Below are positions 38,570 to 49,293 of a stretch of DNA of 64,000 nucleotides, one piece after another; within the stretch, counting starts at the first letter, position 1, and every line of letters starts with the position of its first letter. The stretch covers positions 8,262,422 to 8,326,421 of the forward strand of contig NC_092678.1 in NCBI RefSeq assembly GCF_964355755.1, read 5' to 3'. A program made the translations under genes and the position numbers. The stretch comes from Antedon mediterranea. Lineage: Eukaryota > Animalia > Echinodermata. The notes beneath the pieces are model-generated. The model made no database searches and was not told the origin of the DNA. It saw only the letters and a program-made list of their open reading frames with translations.

Positions 38570-39160
38570 AGTAGACACTAGATGTAGTCGACCCCAGATG
38601 TAGCCGACACTATATGTAGCCGACACTATATATAGTATTTATTTATTTTTATTTTATTGTATGTCTTTAGACAATGTGGCCAAGGATTACAAATAGTAAA
38701 TTATTCACTGTCCTATCAGATAGGTGGTAATCCCCCTGATGCAGGGCTATTTTTTTAAACCAATTCACCGGGGTAACCCCCTACTCTACTCGAATAATGA
38801 ACTGGGTTCTTTAAAGTACACACAGGTTATAACTGTGTACACCAGACCTACGGTTTATAGTCCTTGTTCCACCACCAGAAATAGGAGCGAGTTGGCGTCG
38901 AACCCTTACCGATGTTGTTAGATCGGCCATTTGACATAGTAGTCACTAGATGGAGTAGACGACACCAGATGTAGTCGATTCTAGATGTAGTAGTCACTAG
39001 ATGTAGTCGACACTAGATGTAGTCAACACTAGGTGTTGTTGACACTAGATGTGGTCAAAACTAGATGTAGTCAACACTAGATGTGGCCGACGATATGTAA
39101 TCGTAGTAGACTCTAGATATAGTAAACACTAGGTCGACACTATTGTAGTAGACACTTAGT
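38570..39160. repeat. 16-bp minisatellite (GACACTAGATGTAGTC) interrupted by a SINE copy
   Basis: Units at ~38570-38635 and ~38935-39160. Confidence 0.8.
38660..38930 (-). mobile_element. Diverged copy of the Deu/Nin-like tRNA SINE
   Basis: CACCGGGGTAACCCCCTACT..GTTCTTTAAAGT..GACCTACGGTTTATAGTCCTT shared with 16650-16972. Confidence 0.8.
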
Positions 39161-39346
39161 TGAATAGTATTATACACTATACGTTTAAGCGTCTCATAGC
39201 TTTATTTTACTATCCTATACTTTCTATCAGTAATTTGTAAATACAATTTCATTGTTATTATTATTTGTCATTGTGACGTATATCACACAACTAGATACCG
39301 TCGAAAATTACCATTACCATTGCCGTATTCTTTTTATTTTTTCAGG

Positions 39347-42316
39347 ATGGCAAAGTTAGTACCTGTACCAGTTTTACTTGTTTTTATACAATTCATTTTG
39401 AGTGACGTGAAAGGTCATGAAATCCAGTTACACCACAGCCATAGAAGAAACAATGTCAATGGACAATCAGAAGAAGAATCTCGAAATAAACGTGATTCAG
39501 AAATAGTAAAACATACACTACATTCAACCGAGAGTATAAACGGGAATTGTTTGATACCGATAGATGCAAAAGATCTATTGGAAGACTTAACAGCTGGCTA
39601 CACCTTCATACATGTCTTTCTGTCCTTCCCCGCAGACGATAAGAACATTTTAGTGAATGACTCTGAATCAGTTGTTGTCAACCCAGCGCATTGGGTGTGG
39701 ATTGTAGGAACAGAAGGTGTTCATTTGGCAAGACTTCCTTTTGACTTCATCTTTCTATCTCTTGGAACCCTGAAACCTGGTGTAAGCAAAATCACAATTG
39801 AAACTAGCCAAACGCCTTGTTTTCTACAGGCCAATGATAACGAGCGACTGGATATAATCGCAAATTCTATTCTAAAAAGCGTGAACACCACCAACGAACC
39901 AATAAACTCAGTTTGTATTGAAATGATAAAATCGCGAGAAACACTTCAAATTCCTTGGTACTATATTCATTATGTTAGTTCATATCTGATATTCCAAATC
40001 GATACATACTATGAATGTTTTAACAGTTCTGCAACGACCTTTGACATTGACCATGAAGATGTCAGCGTTCAACTAACAGTTGTGTTTGTTTTAAGTTTTA
40101 TACTAAGTTTGTTTTTTCCACTTTTTATCGGTTTTTTCCATAGAAAAATGCCCGTTGTATTTAAATCACCAATTTCGTGTTCACACGTAATGGACGCTTC
40201 GTTATCCAGGAATTTTACATCGAAGGATGGCCCAGTTTCTCCACAAATAGTGGTTGATCATTTTAATCCTGGTAGCGCTGATGACATATCTATAGAAACC
40301 AACAAGTTTCTTAATCTTGAAACTGATTTATCTTTAGGAATAAAACATTTTCTTTTATTTTTTGGTAATCGTTACAACTTGATCTTCATAGCCAGGTGGG
40401 TTATTTACATTGTACTTTTCATTGCGTTGCCTTACATCCCCATTATCTTTGTTAGTTCGACAGAAGAACTTGACTTCAGCAAAAGGCGTGAAAAATCATT
40501 TATCAACGGCATTTTAAATGCAAACTTCAACACGTTTTCTCATATTTTTTTTAATCTATCGATCTTCTTAATGTTTATTATTGTTCTGTATTTTAAGTCA
40601 ATATATTCTAATAAATTTCATCTTGCTTTAAATGAGAAAGAAAATGAAAGAAGAAGATTGCTGTGGTGGCGAGATTTACCACATAGTTTGAAGATCCCTA
40701 ACGATCAGTACCAAGGAACCCAGAAGTTCCTCTTCCTAATGGTCACCCGAATGAAGATGGGAGCAAGCATTCAAGTTTGGAAATATGGATTTGATATCTA
40801 TAAAGACTTCATCAATCGGCATTTCAACAACAGATCTATTTTAAAGAAAATAATGTTTATTCTTTTATTTTTACCATTTTTCGCCTTGTTCTTGATTTCA
40901 ATTCTGGTTACATCAATTCCCACACTTTATTGCTTTACTCGAGTGATTCTGTTTAGTCTGTCTTTTCGAAGTGTACTCAACGACGTCGGCGATCCATCTG
41001 GTAATTTTACTCAAGACGTCAGGAGACGACTAAGCGCAACAATTGAAAGATATTTTGAAGAAGACACCACTGATGCTGATGATACTAATAAGAAAATGCT
41101 TGCTTCAGAACCTGGATATGATGCATGTTCAGTAAATGGAGAAACGGTTCTGCAAAGTTTACCTAATGATGAACTAAAGTCCATAGTAAATGATAAATCA
41201 GATGTGCTAGTCACTAATATTGATCCTATTACTGGAGAGAATGATGTTAAGCAATACACACAGATGCTAGATGATATTCAACTGACTTCAGTGGATACCG
41301 TTAGTGATGCCAGAGAAGAGGAAGATGGCAATGCTATAATTCCACCAGCAGTTAATGCAACTATAAAGCATGATGTCAACCGTTCTCTTTTATCTGTACT
41401 CTTCGTTTTTATCTATGCTATCTGGGTGGTTAGTTTTATCTTTGGTTGGTGGGGGATCATATCAAAGGTCTTCTTTATTTTTTTCTACTTGACCGAGATC
41501 GTCTGGTACACGTTTCTAGGAATAACATGGAATTCACATCAAGTTGCGCCATATGTCCTTTTCGTTTTGCTGTTTCTTGCGTACTCTGTTCCTGTAATAA
41601 CGGGCTATTACGACGATTATTGTCAATTGTTGACTAAAATTATTGTCATTATGAAACATATTTTGAAAGAAAAAAAGAAGGAAGAACGATCCTACAAAGA
41701 TAAAATGAACAGTGACCAATATTCTAACAATATGAAGCATGAGTCATCTAAAAAGAAAAACAATAGTGAAGGCGATCACGAATTACTAACCGCTCAGGAT
41801 GGTGAAGCTAGGCCTACTCTTGCGAAGAAGCGTTATGGACATGCCTACATCACTGCCGTCAATATGCCTTACAATATGGCAATTGACCGAGGACTGTTTG
41901 AGTTTATAGTTGATAAATACCAACCTACGGGTCCTAACAAAATCGCACGTTTAGTTCGCATACTATCGTTTGCGATCCTTCTGTACTGTGGCATAGAGGC
42001 TCTACTTGGACTTAATGAGTTTAGTAATGTCTCTGACGAGATAAAATTATTTGCATCTATATTAATAGCTGGTATCCTTCCAACACTGGCTAGAATCGTC
42101 CAGAACCAAGGACAGAAAACAAGGGAACAAAGCATACGCGTGATGGAGATTAGAAGAGATATTGAGGTGTACTTCCTTACTGGTCAACCGTATAGAGACG
42201 TCGGTTGTAAGTGGCCGTCTGGCGTTAATAATGAAGACCAGACGGCAAATGTGGATACAAAATTTGATTTTGAAGGATCACTAGAAAATGATATATATCG
42301 TTTGTCTGTTTATTAA
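39347..42316 (+). CDS. Uncharacterised ~989-aa multi-pass membrane protein with signal peptide, single coding exon
   Basis: ATG just after acceptor tttttcag. Hydrophobic leader, RNKR site, Cys-containing ectodomain, roughly 9-11 hydrophobic segments, long acidic loop. Uninterrupted 3-kb ORF. Confidence 0.85.
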   Translation: MAKLVPVPVLLVFIQFILSDVKGHEIQLHHSHRRNNVNGQSEEESRNKRDSEIVKHTLHSTESINGNCLIPIDAKDLLEDLTAGYTFIHVFLSFPADDKNILVNDSESVVVNPAHWVWIVGTEGVHLARLPFDFIFLSLGTLKPGVSKITIETSQTPCFLQANDNERLDIIANSILKSVNTTNEPINSVCIEMIKSRETLQIPWYYIHYVSSYLIFQIDTYYECFNSSATTFDIDHEDVSVQLTVVFVLSFILSLFFPLFIGFFHRKMPVVFKSPISCSHVMDASLSRNFTSKDGPVSPQIVVDHFNPGSADDISIETNKFLNLETDLSLGIKHFLLFFGNRYNLIFIARWVIYIVLFIALPYIPIIFVSSTEELDFSKRREKSFINGILNANFNTFSHIFFNLSIFLMFIIVLYFKSIYSNKFHLALNEKENERRRLLWWRDLPHSLKIPNDQYQGTQKFLFLMVTRMKMGASIQVWKYGFDIYKDFINRHFNNRSILKKIMFILLFLPFFALFLISILVTSIPTLYCFTRVILFSLSFRSVLNDVGDPSGNFTQDVRRRLSATIERYFEEDTTDADDTNKKMLASEPGYDACSVNGETVLQSLPNDELKSIVNDKSDVLVTNIDPITGENDVKQYTQMLDDIQLTSVDTVSDAREEEDGNAIIPPAVNATIKHDVNRSLLSVLFVFIYAIWVVSFIFGWWGIISKVFFIFFYLTEIVWYTFLGITWNSHQVAPYVLFVLLFLAYSVPVITGYYDDYCQLLTKIIVIMKHILKEKKKEERSYKDKMNSDQYSNNMKHESSKKKNNSEGDHELLTAQDGEARPTLAKKRYGHAYITAVNMPYNMAIDRGLFEFIVDKYQPTGPNKIARLVRILSFAILLYCGIEALLGLNEFSNVSDEIKLFASILIAGILPTLARIVQNQGQKTREQSIRVMEIRRDIEVYFLTGQPYRDVGCKWPSGVNNEDQTANVDTKFDFEGSLENDIYRLSVY

Positions 42317-42569
42317 CGCATATAGTGAGATGTAGTTTCCTTGTGTATCTTCAGAATCTATATAAATTGTATTTGATACGGTAATAATAGTGGCATGACG
42401 AAGAATAAAATATCCAAGTTATTTTTACTTCAGCGTCGTTGGTTTCGTTTAACGATAATCTGTACAATAAGCGTAATAGACACTTACAAAATAAGCGACA
42501 TCAATTCTTTTTTTCTTTTTTTTTTACGCCAGCGCTCAGGTACAGAAGATAAAGCGGTTATTTTTTAAA

Positions 42570-42705
42570 GCTCTGTCTACACTATCAAACTTTATGTGAT
42601 CGACAAAAACATTATTATGTGCGCATATATGGACACAATGACCTCATATCACTACCATATTTGGGCACATCACACTTTTTTTCGAACTAGTTTGATAGAG
42701 ACTAG
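42570..42705. mobile_element. Small MITE
   Basis: CTATCAAACT..GTGAT versus ATCAC..AGTTTGATAG inverted ends. Confidence 0.5.
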
Positions 42706-44192
42706 GTTTTACATGGGTTTGTTTCTCTGCTGCCAAGGAAATTAAGAGAAATAATCACAAACATTGCAATGAGATTATTTAACTAATTTAAAGAAATTTA
42801 TATTTTGTATTGTCAATTCCTATATGAGTAATGTATAATCAGGTCTGTATAATTAAATAAACATGGTAATTACTATAATGGTTTTGTAAGTAGGTATTGT
42901 TTATATTAATTTATATGAGCAAGAATGTATAAAGTCTGAATTAATGTCTAAAAGTGATACAAATATTTACCGTTCCTCTTTTACCACACTGGGGGTAAGA
43001 GTTTACGCTTGAGATGCCAAGGGTTAACTCTCCTCTGCCCACGTGACTTATAGTCTATAGATAAAATTAGTTCTTGTTACCGAATAGCACGACCGCTTGA
43101 AGTAGGTATGCTTAAATAGTATGGATATATTACTTTCATTATTTCAGACGGCCCTAATCTTTGGCCATGTTTCTGCAGCTAAAACAAAATTATCTGTTAA
43201 TGTTTTAATAACTAATGAATTAAATAAATTGCGCATGATCAGTACGAAACAACCAGGGGCCCAATCATAACGCGACAATTTTTCATTCAGGTCAAGGGTT
43301 AAAAAATGATCGCATTTGTTTGATAATTATCCGATTTGAATGAGATAATTATCGGTTAGTTTCTCTGGAGTGGAATTTGATTAAACCCCGTTTTCACAGG
43401 CAGTTTATCGGTTAATTATCGGTTAATTTTTATCGTTTAATTTTTGGTTTTTGAAACACGAGCTTTTATTTTAAACCACATAGTCTTCTTCTATACAACT
43501 TTATACTTGATGTATGTAGGCTATATATTATGGAAAATGAATGTATTAACTATTATTACATTAAAAAGCCTTACCTTGCATGATACAGGTACCACATGTG
43601 ATACACATGATATTCTGTTTTACGGAATTTCCTATGATACTAGGCAATATTGTATGATACAGCACTGAGAATGGGATATGTAAATGCACTGTGTGTGTGC
43701 GCGCTGTACTAAAGAGCAAACATAGGTGAAGAGAAGAAGCACGTTTTAAAATATAATAGGCCTATTTTGTAAATCAATGGCTTTTTACAATTTGTAATAT
43801 TATATGATCTTTGATCGCTATGCGTATTTTAAAATAACATACATTCCGTTTGTAATCATTTTGTAAGCTGCGTGTCTAAGGTAACGTATACAGTTCAGCA
43901 GTGTTTACTTAGTTGTTCTTCCAAAAGGAAACTGGTTTCTATATACATTCTGTAAAACTTGTTCTTAGAGTACTGTCACAATGGCAGTCTGTTTACCCTG
44001 CAAAATATTTGCCTGCAAACAATTTTTGTTTCGTCGTCGTCACTAAGGACTCGCCTTACTCGCTAAGCAACACGAATTCAACACAATCCCTATAGGAATA
44101 TTAGAGAAACACTTGAAACACACGGCATTCTGAACTTGTCTTCCAAACGAAGCATATACGTTACAGTGATTAAGAACGACAAATTAGACAAA

Positions 44193-45232
44193 ATGCCAAC
44201 CGAAATTCCGGATGAAGTTGATATGGTGAATCGAGATCCTACGGATTTAAATTCACATGTTAAGGTAACGTTATCAAATTCATTTATACAGATTTAACAG
44301 AAAAAAAATTACATATATACCTAGATATTTTTAAAAATTAGGATCAATGTTGATGGTTTTCCTGCTTTTCTGGAGAGTGGATCTGTACGTCCGTTATGGC
44401 CAACTCAGACACCATCGTACGACACGGTCCAACGACGGGAGAAAGTTAAATGTTTAAAGTTCTCTCGACGATCTAAAAACTACGCCCGACGTTATTATCT
44501 CAATACGACTCGTCTCGTGCGTGGGGATTCAACTCGGACAGCACCGAAGAGTCAAGATGTTTCGTCTGGCCTCATCGTATGATGCTGTCTGAGTTGGCCT
44601 TTAGGGTAGGCCCTACTGATATTTGAAATTTGCTGTATAAGATCAAACCAATCAAATGTATCGAATTGTTGGTTTTATTTAAAAAAAAATCGAATATTGA
44701 TATAAGTCGCATGAAAATTATGATTCATTGCAGATTCATGTTTGAATTTACAAAATTATTTATACTATGTTCATTTATTCATGAATGAGTAAACTATTAA
44801 TGTGTTAGGTAAGGGGTCTTTTTCGATAGTCTGATTATATAACTTGCAAATTGATTATTTGACACTCACTTAATTTGTATTATTTTGTTAAAGGTAGCTT
44901 TTGACGAAGTTCTCGGAGAGCCAGATGGTTCCCACAGTATCGATGGTGTCTGGAAATGCGCTTTCAAATGCTTCGAAGGATCCAAAAGCCTTTGCTATCG
45001 GATCTTGACGATACTTTGCGCCGTGCCACTATCGTTCTGCTGGGGTTGTGAGTTTGCCGCTCTTTCATTCTACCACGTCTGGTGTATAACCCCGTGCCTC
45101 AAGGCCTACATCATCAATGTCAATTCCTGCAAGTTTATATATCGAGCTTGTTGTTCGGCTTGTTGTGATCCATGCTTCGAATCAATCGGCCGATGTTTGT
45201 CGGACATTCGTGTTACGTATAACAATGCATAA
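44193..45232 (+). CDS. CAV: Caveolin, two exons (44193-44264 and 44894-45232), 136 aa
   Basis: Exon 1 MPTEIPDEVDMVNRDPTDLNSHVK|gtaacg. Exon 2 ag|VAFDEVLGEPDGSHSIDGVW matches the caveolin signature FEDVIAEP..HSFDGIW. Hydrophobic hairpin and Cys-rich C-terminus. Confidence 0.95.
44398..44600. mobile_element. MITE in the caveolin intron
   Basis: TIR GGCCAACTCAGACA..ATCGTACGA / TCGTATGATG..TGTCTGAGTTGGCC. Confidence 0.75.
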
Positions 45233-46217
45233 TCCACTCCAACCAAGATTTCAGTCGTGTTACCTTTACCAATGGATAGTCGTTTAATACCAATCCAACA
45301 GCCAAGATTTCAGTCGTGTTACGTATAGGCCTACCACATGCTTAGTCTAGTCGTTTAATACCAATCCAACAACCAAGATTTTAGTTGTGTTACCGAAAAG
45401 TGTTTCGTTTAATACCAATCCAACAGCCCAGATTTCAGTCGTGTTATGTATACCAATGGATAGTCGTTTCATACCAATCCAACAACCAAGATTCCAGTCG
45501 TGTTACGTATAGGCATACTACATGCTTAGTCTAGTCGTTTAATACCAATCCAACAACCAAGATTTCAGTCGTGTTACCTAATACCAGTGTTTCGATTAGT
45601 ACCAATCCAACAACCAATATTTCAGTCGTGTTATGTATACCAATGGATAGTCGTTTAATACCAATCCAACAGCCAAGATTTCAGTCGTGTTACGTATAGG
45701 CCTACCACATGCTTAGTCTAGTCGTTTAATACCAATCCAACAACCAAGATTTTAGTTGTGTTACCGAAAAGTGTTTCGTTTAATACCAATCCAACAGCCC
45801 AGATTTCAGTCGTGTTACGTATAGGCATACCACATGCTTAGTCTAGTCGTTTAATACCAATCCAACAGCCCAGATTTCAGTCGTGTTATGTATACCAATG
45901 GATAGTCGTTTCATACCAATCCAACAACCAAGATTTCAGTCGTGTTACGTATAGGCCTACCACATGCTTAGTCTAGTCGTTTAATACCAATCCAACAACC
46001 ACGATTTTAGTTGTGTTATGTATACCAATGGATAGTCGTTAGATACCAATCCAACAATCAATATTTCAGTCATGTTACGTATTAGGACTACCACATATTA
46101 GTCTAGTTGTTTAGTACCAATCCAACAACCAAGATTCCAGTCGTGTTACCGAAAAGTGTTTCGTTTAATACCAATCCAGCCAAGATTTCAGTCGTGTTAC
46201 GTATACCAATTCATAGC
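45208..46217 (+). repeat. Modular minisatellite: ~16 copies of a ~44-bp core separated by three recurring linker types
   Basis: Core GTCGTTTAATACCAATCCAACAACCAAGATTTCAGTCGTGTTAC. Linkers GTATAGGCCTACCACATGCTTAGTCTA, CGAAAAGTGTT and GTATACCAATGGATA. Confidence 0.95.
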
Positions 46218-47553
46218 TGGTAACATCAACAACTATTCTTCCGAGGACATACCTGTACTGAACATTGAAATAAACATATTTACAACTTCCTTATTTTCTA
46301 AAGACATTAGTTTTCTGACCTGTGCTGATAACAACAGACCCATCAGTTGTGTAACACCAAGGCCCTTGGTTTAGGAACCCCCAGTGGCCCTCCAATGCTG
46401 GAAACTACAGTAGCCAATGAGCCCTTATAGCCGTAACGCCACTGAGGCCATAGTATTTAAATTTTAAATAATTAATACTCTTCCCTTTATCCGCTCATAT
46501 AGGATAGTCAAACTAATATGAAATGAATGAATTAAATAATAATGTTCTAATAAAAATATTATTAAAATGAAAATTATAAGTAATGAAGTTAATTTAGGAA
46601 TATCATATCTGTAGTTGTACTTATTTACGTTACAATATTGTAAAAAGTTTTTAAATATTACTTGCGAAGTCAGAGTTTCGTATTCGAATACAGTACATGC
46701 TTCCAGCTCAGGGTTCGATATTTTGTCATTAATATTATGATGAGTAATGTTGTTATTATTTACCTTTGATTGTATCGTGTGTTTTACAAGCATACTACAA
46801 TGACGATGTGTGTGACTACCGGTATTTTACGAAATTCAATTTTGTTCATTATTTTATTCATTGACAATTTATGTACTGTGAATTTGTTTTAATTTTTACA
46901 TAATGCAGTTCTACTAAATTTAAAGTAAGTCTATATGGAACAATTTGATTTTAGTATTTTCTTCTTACGTAAATTAAATGATATTTTTCCGAGAAAATCA
47001 GCTTGTAAATTGTATTGTCTTTTTATGTTTAGTATTCAAGTCGGTGTTTGGAAAATCATTCTGTTGTGACGCGAAAAGCATCACCGCTGCTGATAAGAAA
47101 AGTTGCTTGGTACAATATTTCTGCGTTTTTGTGAATTTTTATTTCGAGATCATAAACCGTATAGTGTCATTTATCTAAAACAATTAATTAGCTATACAAA
47201 AAACATCGTCGGACACATGCATGTCATAGTTATTTTTAAATTTGTTGCAACTGTTGTAAAAAGTAAAACCTGAATGATGTGATGTCCCTCTGTTGACCGT
47301 CCATTTATTGTTCAAATTTAGTTGTTGTAGATTTGGCTATGGAAAAGATAGAGCCTCAATATGTTACCGAAACAATAGTTTATCAATATTTTGTGTTCTT
47401 GGACTTAACATAATTTACAGTGTTAATATTCTAGTGCAGTACCGTATGTTCTAAAATTATGAATCACAAAATGAAAAAGTGATATATCTGTAGTATTAGT
47501 TGGTATGCTTTGATCTTCTTTCGTGTACAACAGGTTGCAGTACGTGGCTTGGC

Positions 47554-48033
47554 CTACATGTCCAATGATGCAAGATATTCAGCAATAACTGCCACACCTT
47601 TATTTGTGTGTCCTTGGCTTCCTCCCTTTTTTGTATGGGCGATAACTATGGCAGTTTTTGAAGACTGCATCGTAATTGCTCCATTATCCTTCTTTTTACC
47701 CAAAACAAGTACTGTGCCGTCTTTTTTCTCTTCGCTCCTCAAAAATTGGTATTTAACCCCCTCAGCTTGTATACCACTTGCCTGAAACGTTGAGAAATCC
47801 TTAGTTCTAAAAGGCACCGCTATGTCCGCACCCTCACCAGCTTCTAGTATAAGAGCGTTCGAATGGTCCGCTGTTGTCCAAGATTCGCCATCATCTAAGC
47901 CAATTATACAGGCTTTGTCTACTTGACCAGCAGTGTGACCGATCACATTATTAATGTATGAATCCCAACTGCCCGTGTACACCGGGCTTATAAGTGAAAA
48001 ACAAATCAAGACAACCAAACTAATGAAACCCAT
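47554..48033 (-). CDS. Profilin-family protein with a predicted N-terminal signal peptide, intronless
   Basis: SWDSYINN, DKACIIG, GVKYQFLR, QSSKTAIVIAH, NKGVAVIAEYLASL match echinoderm-type profilin. Preceded by MGFISLVVLICFSLISPVYTG. Confidence 0.92.
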   Translation of the reverse strand: MGFISLVVLICFSLISPVYTGSWDSYINNVIGHTAGQVDKACIIGLDDGESWTTADHSNALILEAGEGADIAVPFRTKDFSTFQASGIQAEGVKYQFLRSEEKKDGTVLVLGKKKDNGAITMQSSKTAIVIAHTKKGGSQGHTNKGVAVIAEYLASLDM

Positions 48034-48561
48034 TTTTCCTTCTTCCAGTTAAGAATTATGTGAGTTTTAGACTAACGCGCGCTTTAGAAGGACTGAACAT
48101 ATTTCCACAATTTGTATCCCTTTTGTTCTTATAACGATTACAGTTTAATTACAGCAATATTTATTGTATTATGATGATTAGTATTGTCATATAGACAAAA
48201 GTCGTGAGATCGCAAAGGTGTATTGATAATTAAAATTGACCTTAACTGGATGACCCCGGGTTTCCCTTTGTACCTTCTAATCCTCGTTGTCAGCAACGTA
48301 TTGTTTTCAGCATATTTATCATTTAATTTTTAATTTAATGCATATTAAAACAAACAAACAATTGTTGTAATTCAGAATCATTTAATTTTTAATTTAATTT
48401 AGCATATTGAACAAACAAACCGTTGTTGACATAACTCGATGTTTATTTTGTAAGTTTTTAATGGACCGATAATTTTAAAATGGCTCTCTTTTAAATTAAC
48501 CTTTCGAGTTTGCGACAACACATTTTAGAATTTGGCGTACATTGGGATGCCTATCACAACG

Positions 48562-48743
48562 TAGCCTGGGTTCCAGACGGAGTTTTGACTTAATATTAGT
48601 TAAAAGATAAATATTTTGGCACATATGGCGTTTCATACGTATACTACTTGAGCTTGTAAACTTGTATTTCCAGACAAAAATCGAAACGTCGACTGGTGGA
48701 GTAACATAAAAAAGACAATAAATACAGACTTGGAGCAAGTCTA
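48562..48743 (-). mobile_element. TAG...CTA 9-bp-TSD non-autonomous transposon copy
   Basis: TSD ATCACAACG; matches 28762-28923. Confidence 0.85.
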
Positions 48744-49293
48744 ATCACAACGTAGCGACCGACCGATGTAGGCATGCTTATTTCTAGACTTGCTCCAAGT
48801 CTGTAGGTACTGTGTAGGCCTACATAAAAATAATTCAGGGTTTATAAAATTACGAATTAGACCGCGTGGTGGTGTCTAGACAAAAGTTTATATATAGCAA
48901 CTAATTAAATAGCGTGTTTATAAAATCTAAAAAATAGAAATTAATGAAGTTAGTAGTGCAGTAATTTGAATTATATTTTCTTTATCAACAAAACCAGATT
49001 AAACAACATTCATTAAATCTGGTTTCAGTTTTCCAAGAGATTCCTAGGCCTCAGCAATTATTGATCAATTTATTTATTTATTTATTTATTTCGTTTTCTT
49101 TTAGTAGGGTAGCCCTCTCAGTAATAAAATAAAACTGCTCTTCCGAGGGGCCCTACGGCACATTTAAACAAAATTTGAAAACAACTTAAACTAAACTTAA
49201 ACTAAAACTTAAACTAAAACTAAACTTCAATGCATGTTCTCATTATTATTATAACTTTTATACCATATTTAAATATATTTCACTGGAACCATC

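Noticed and set aside
45208-46217. CRISPR array
   Set aside because: Only three linker types recur, linker lengths differ widely, the core is degenerate and derives from the adjacent CDS end, no cas genes are present, and the context is eukaryotic.
6401-48033. NLRs + membrane protein + caveolin + profilin as one co-functional cluster
   Set aside because: Adjacency in an animal genome is not evidence of a shared pathway. No shared regulatory signal is visible; conserved synteny or co-expression would be needed.
48090-48135. TATA/Inr-like promoter for the profilin gene (TATAAG...TCAGTC, minus strand)
   Set aside because: Spacing is about 39 bp and such motifs are common in AT-rich DNA; needs TSS data.
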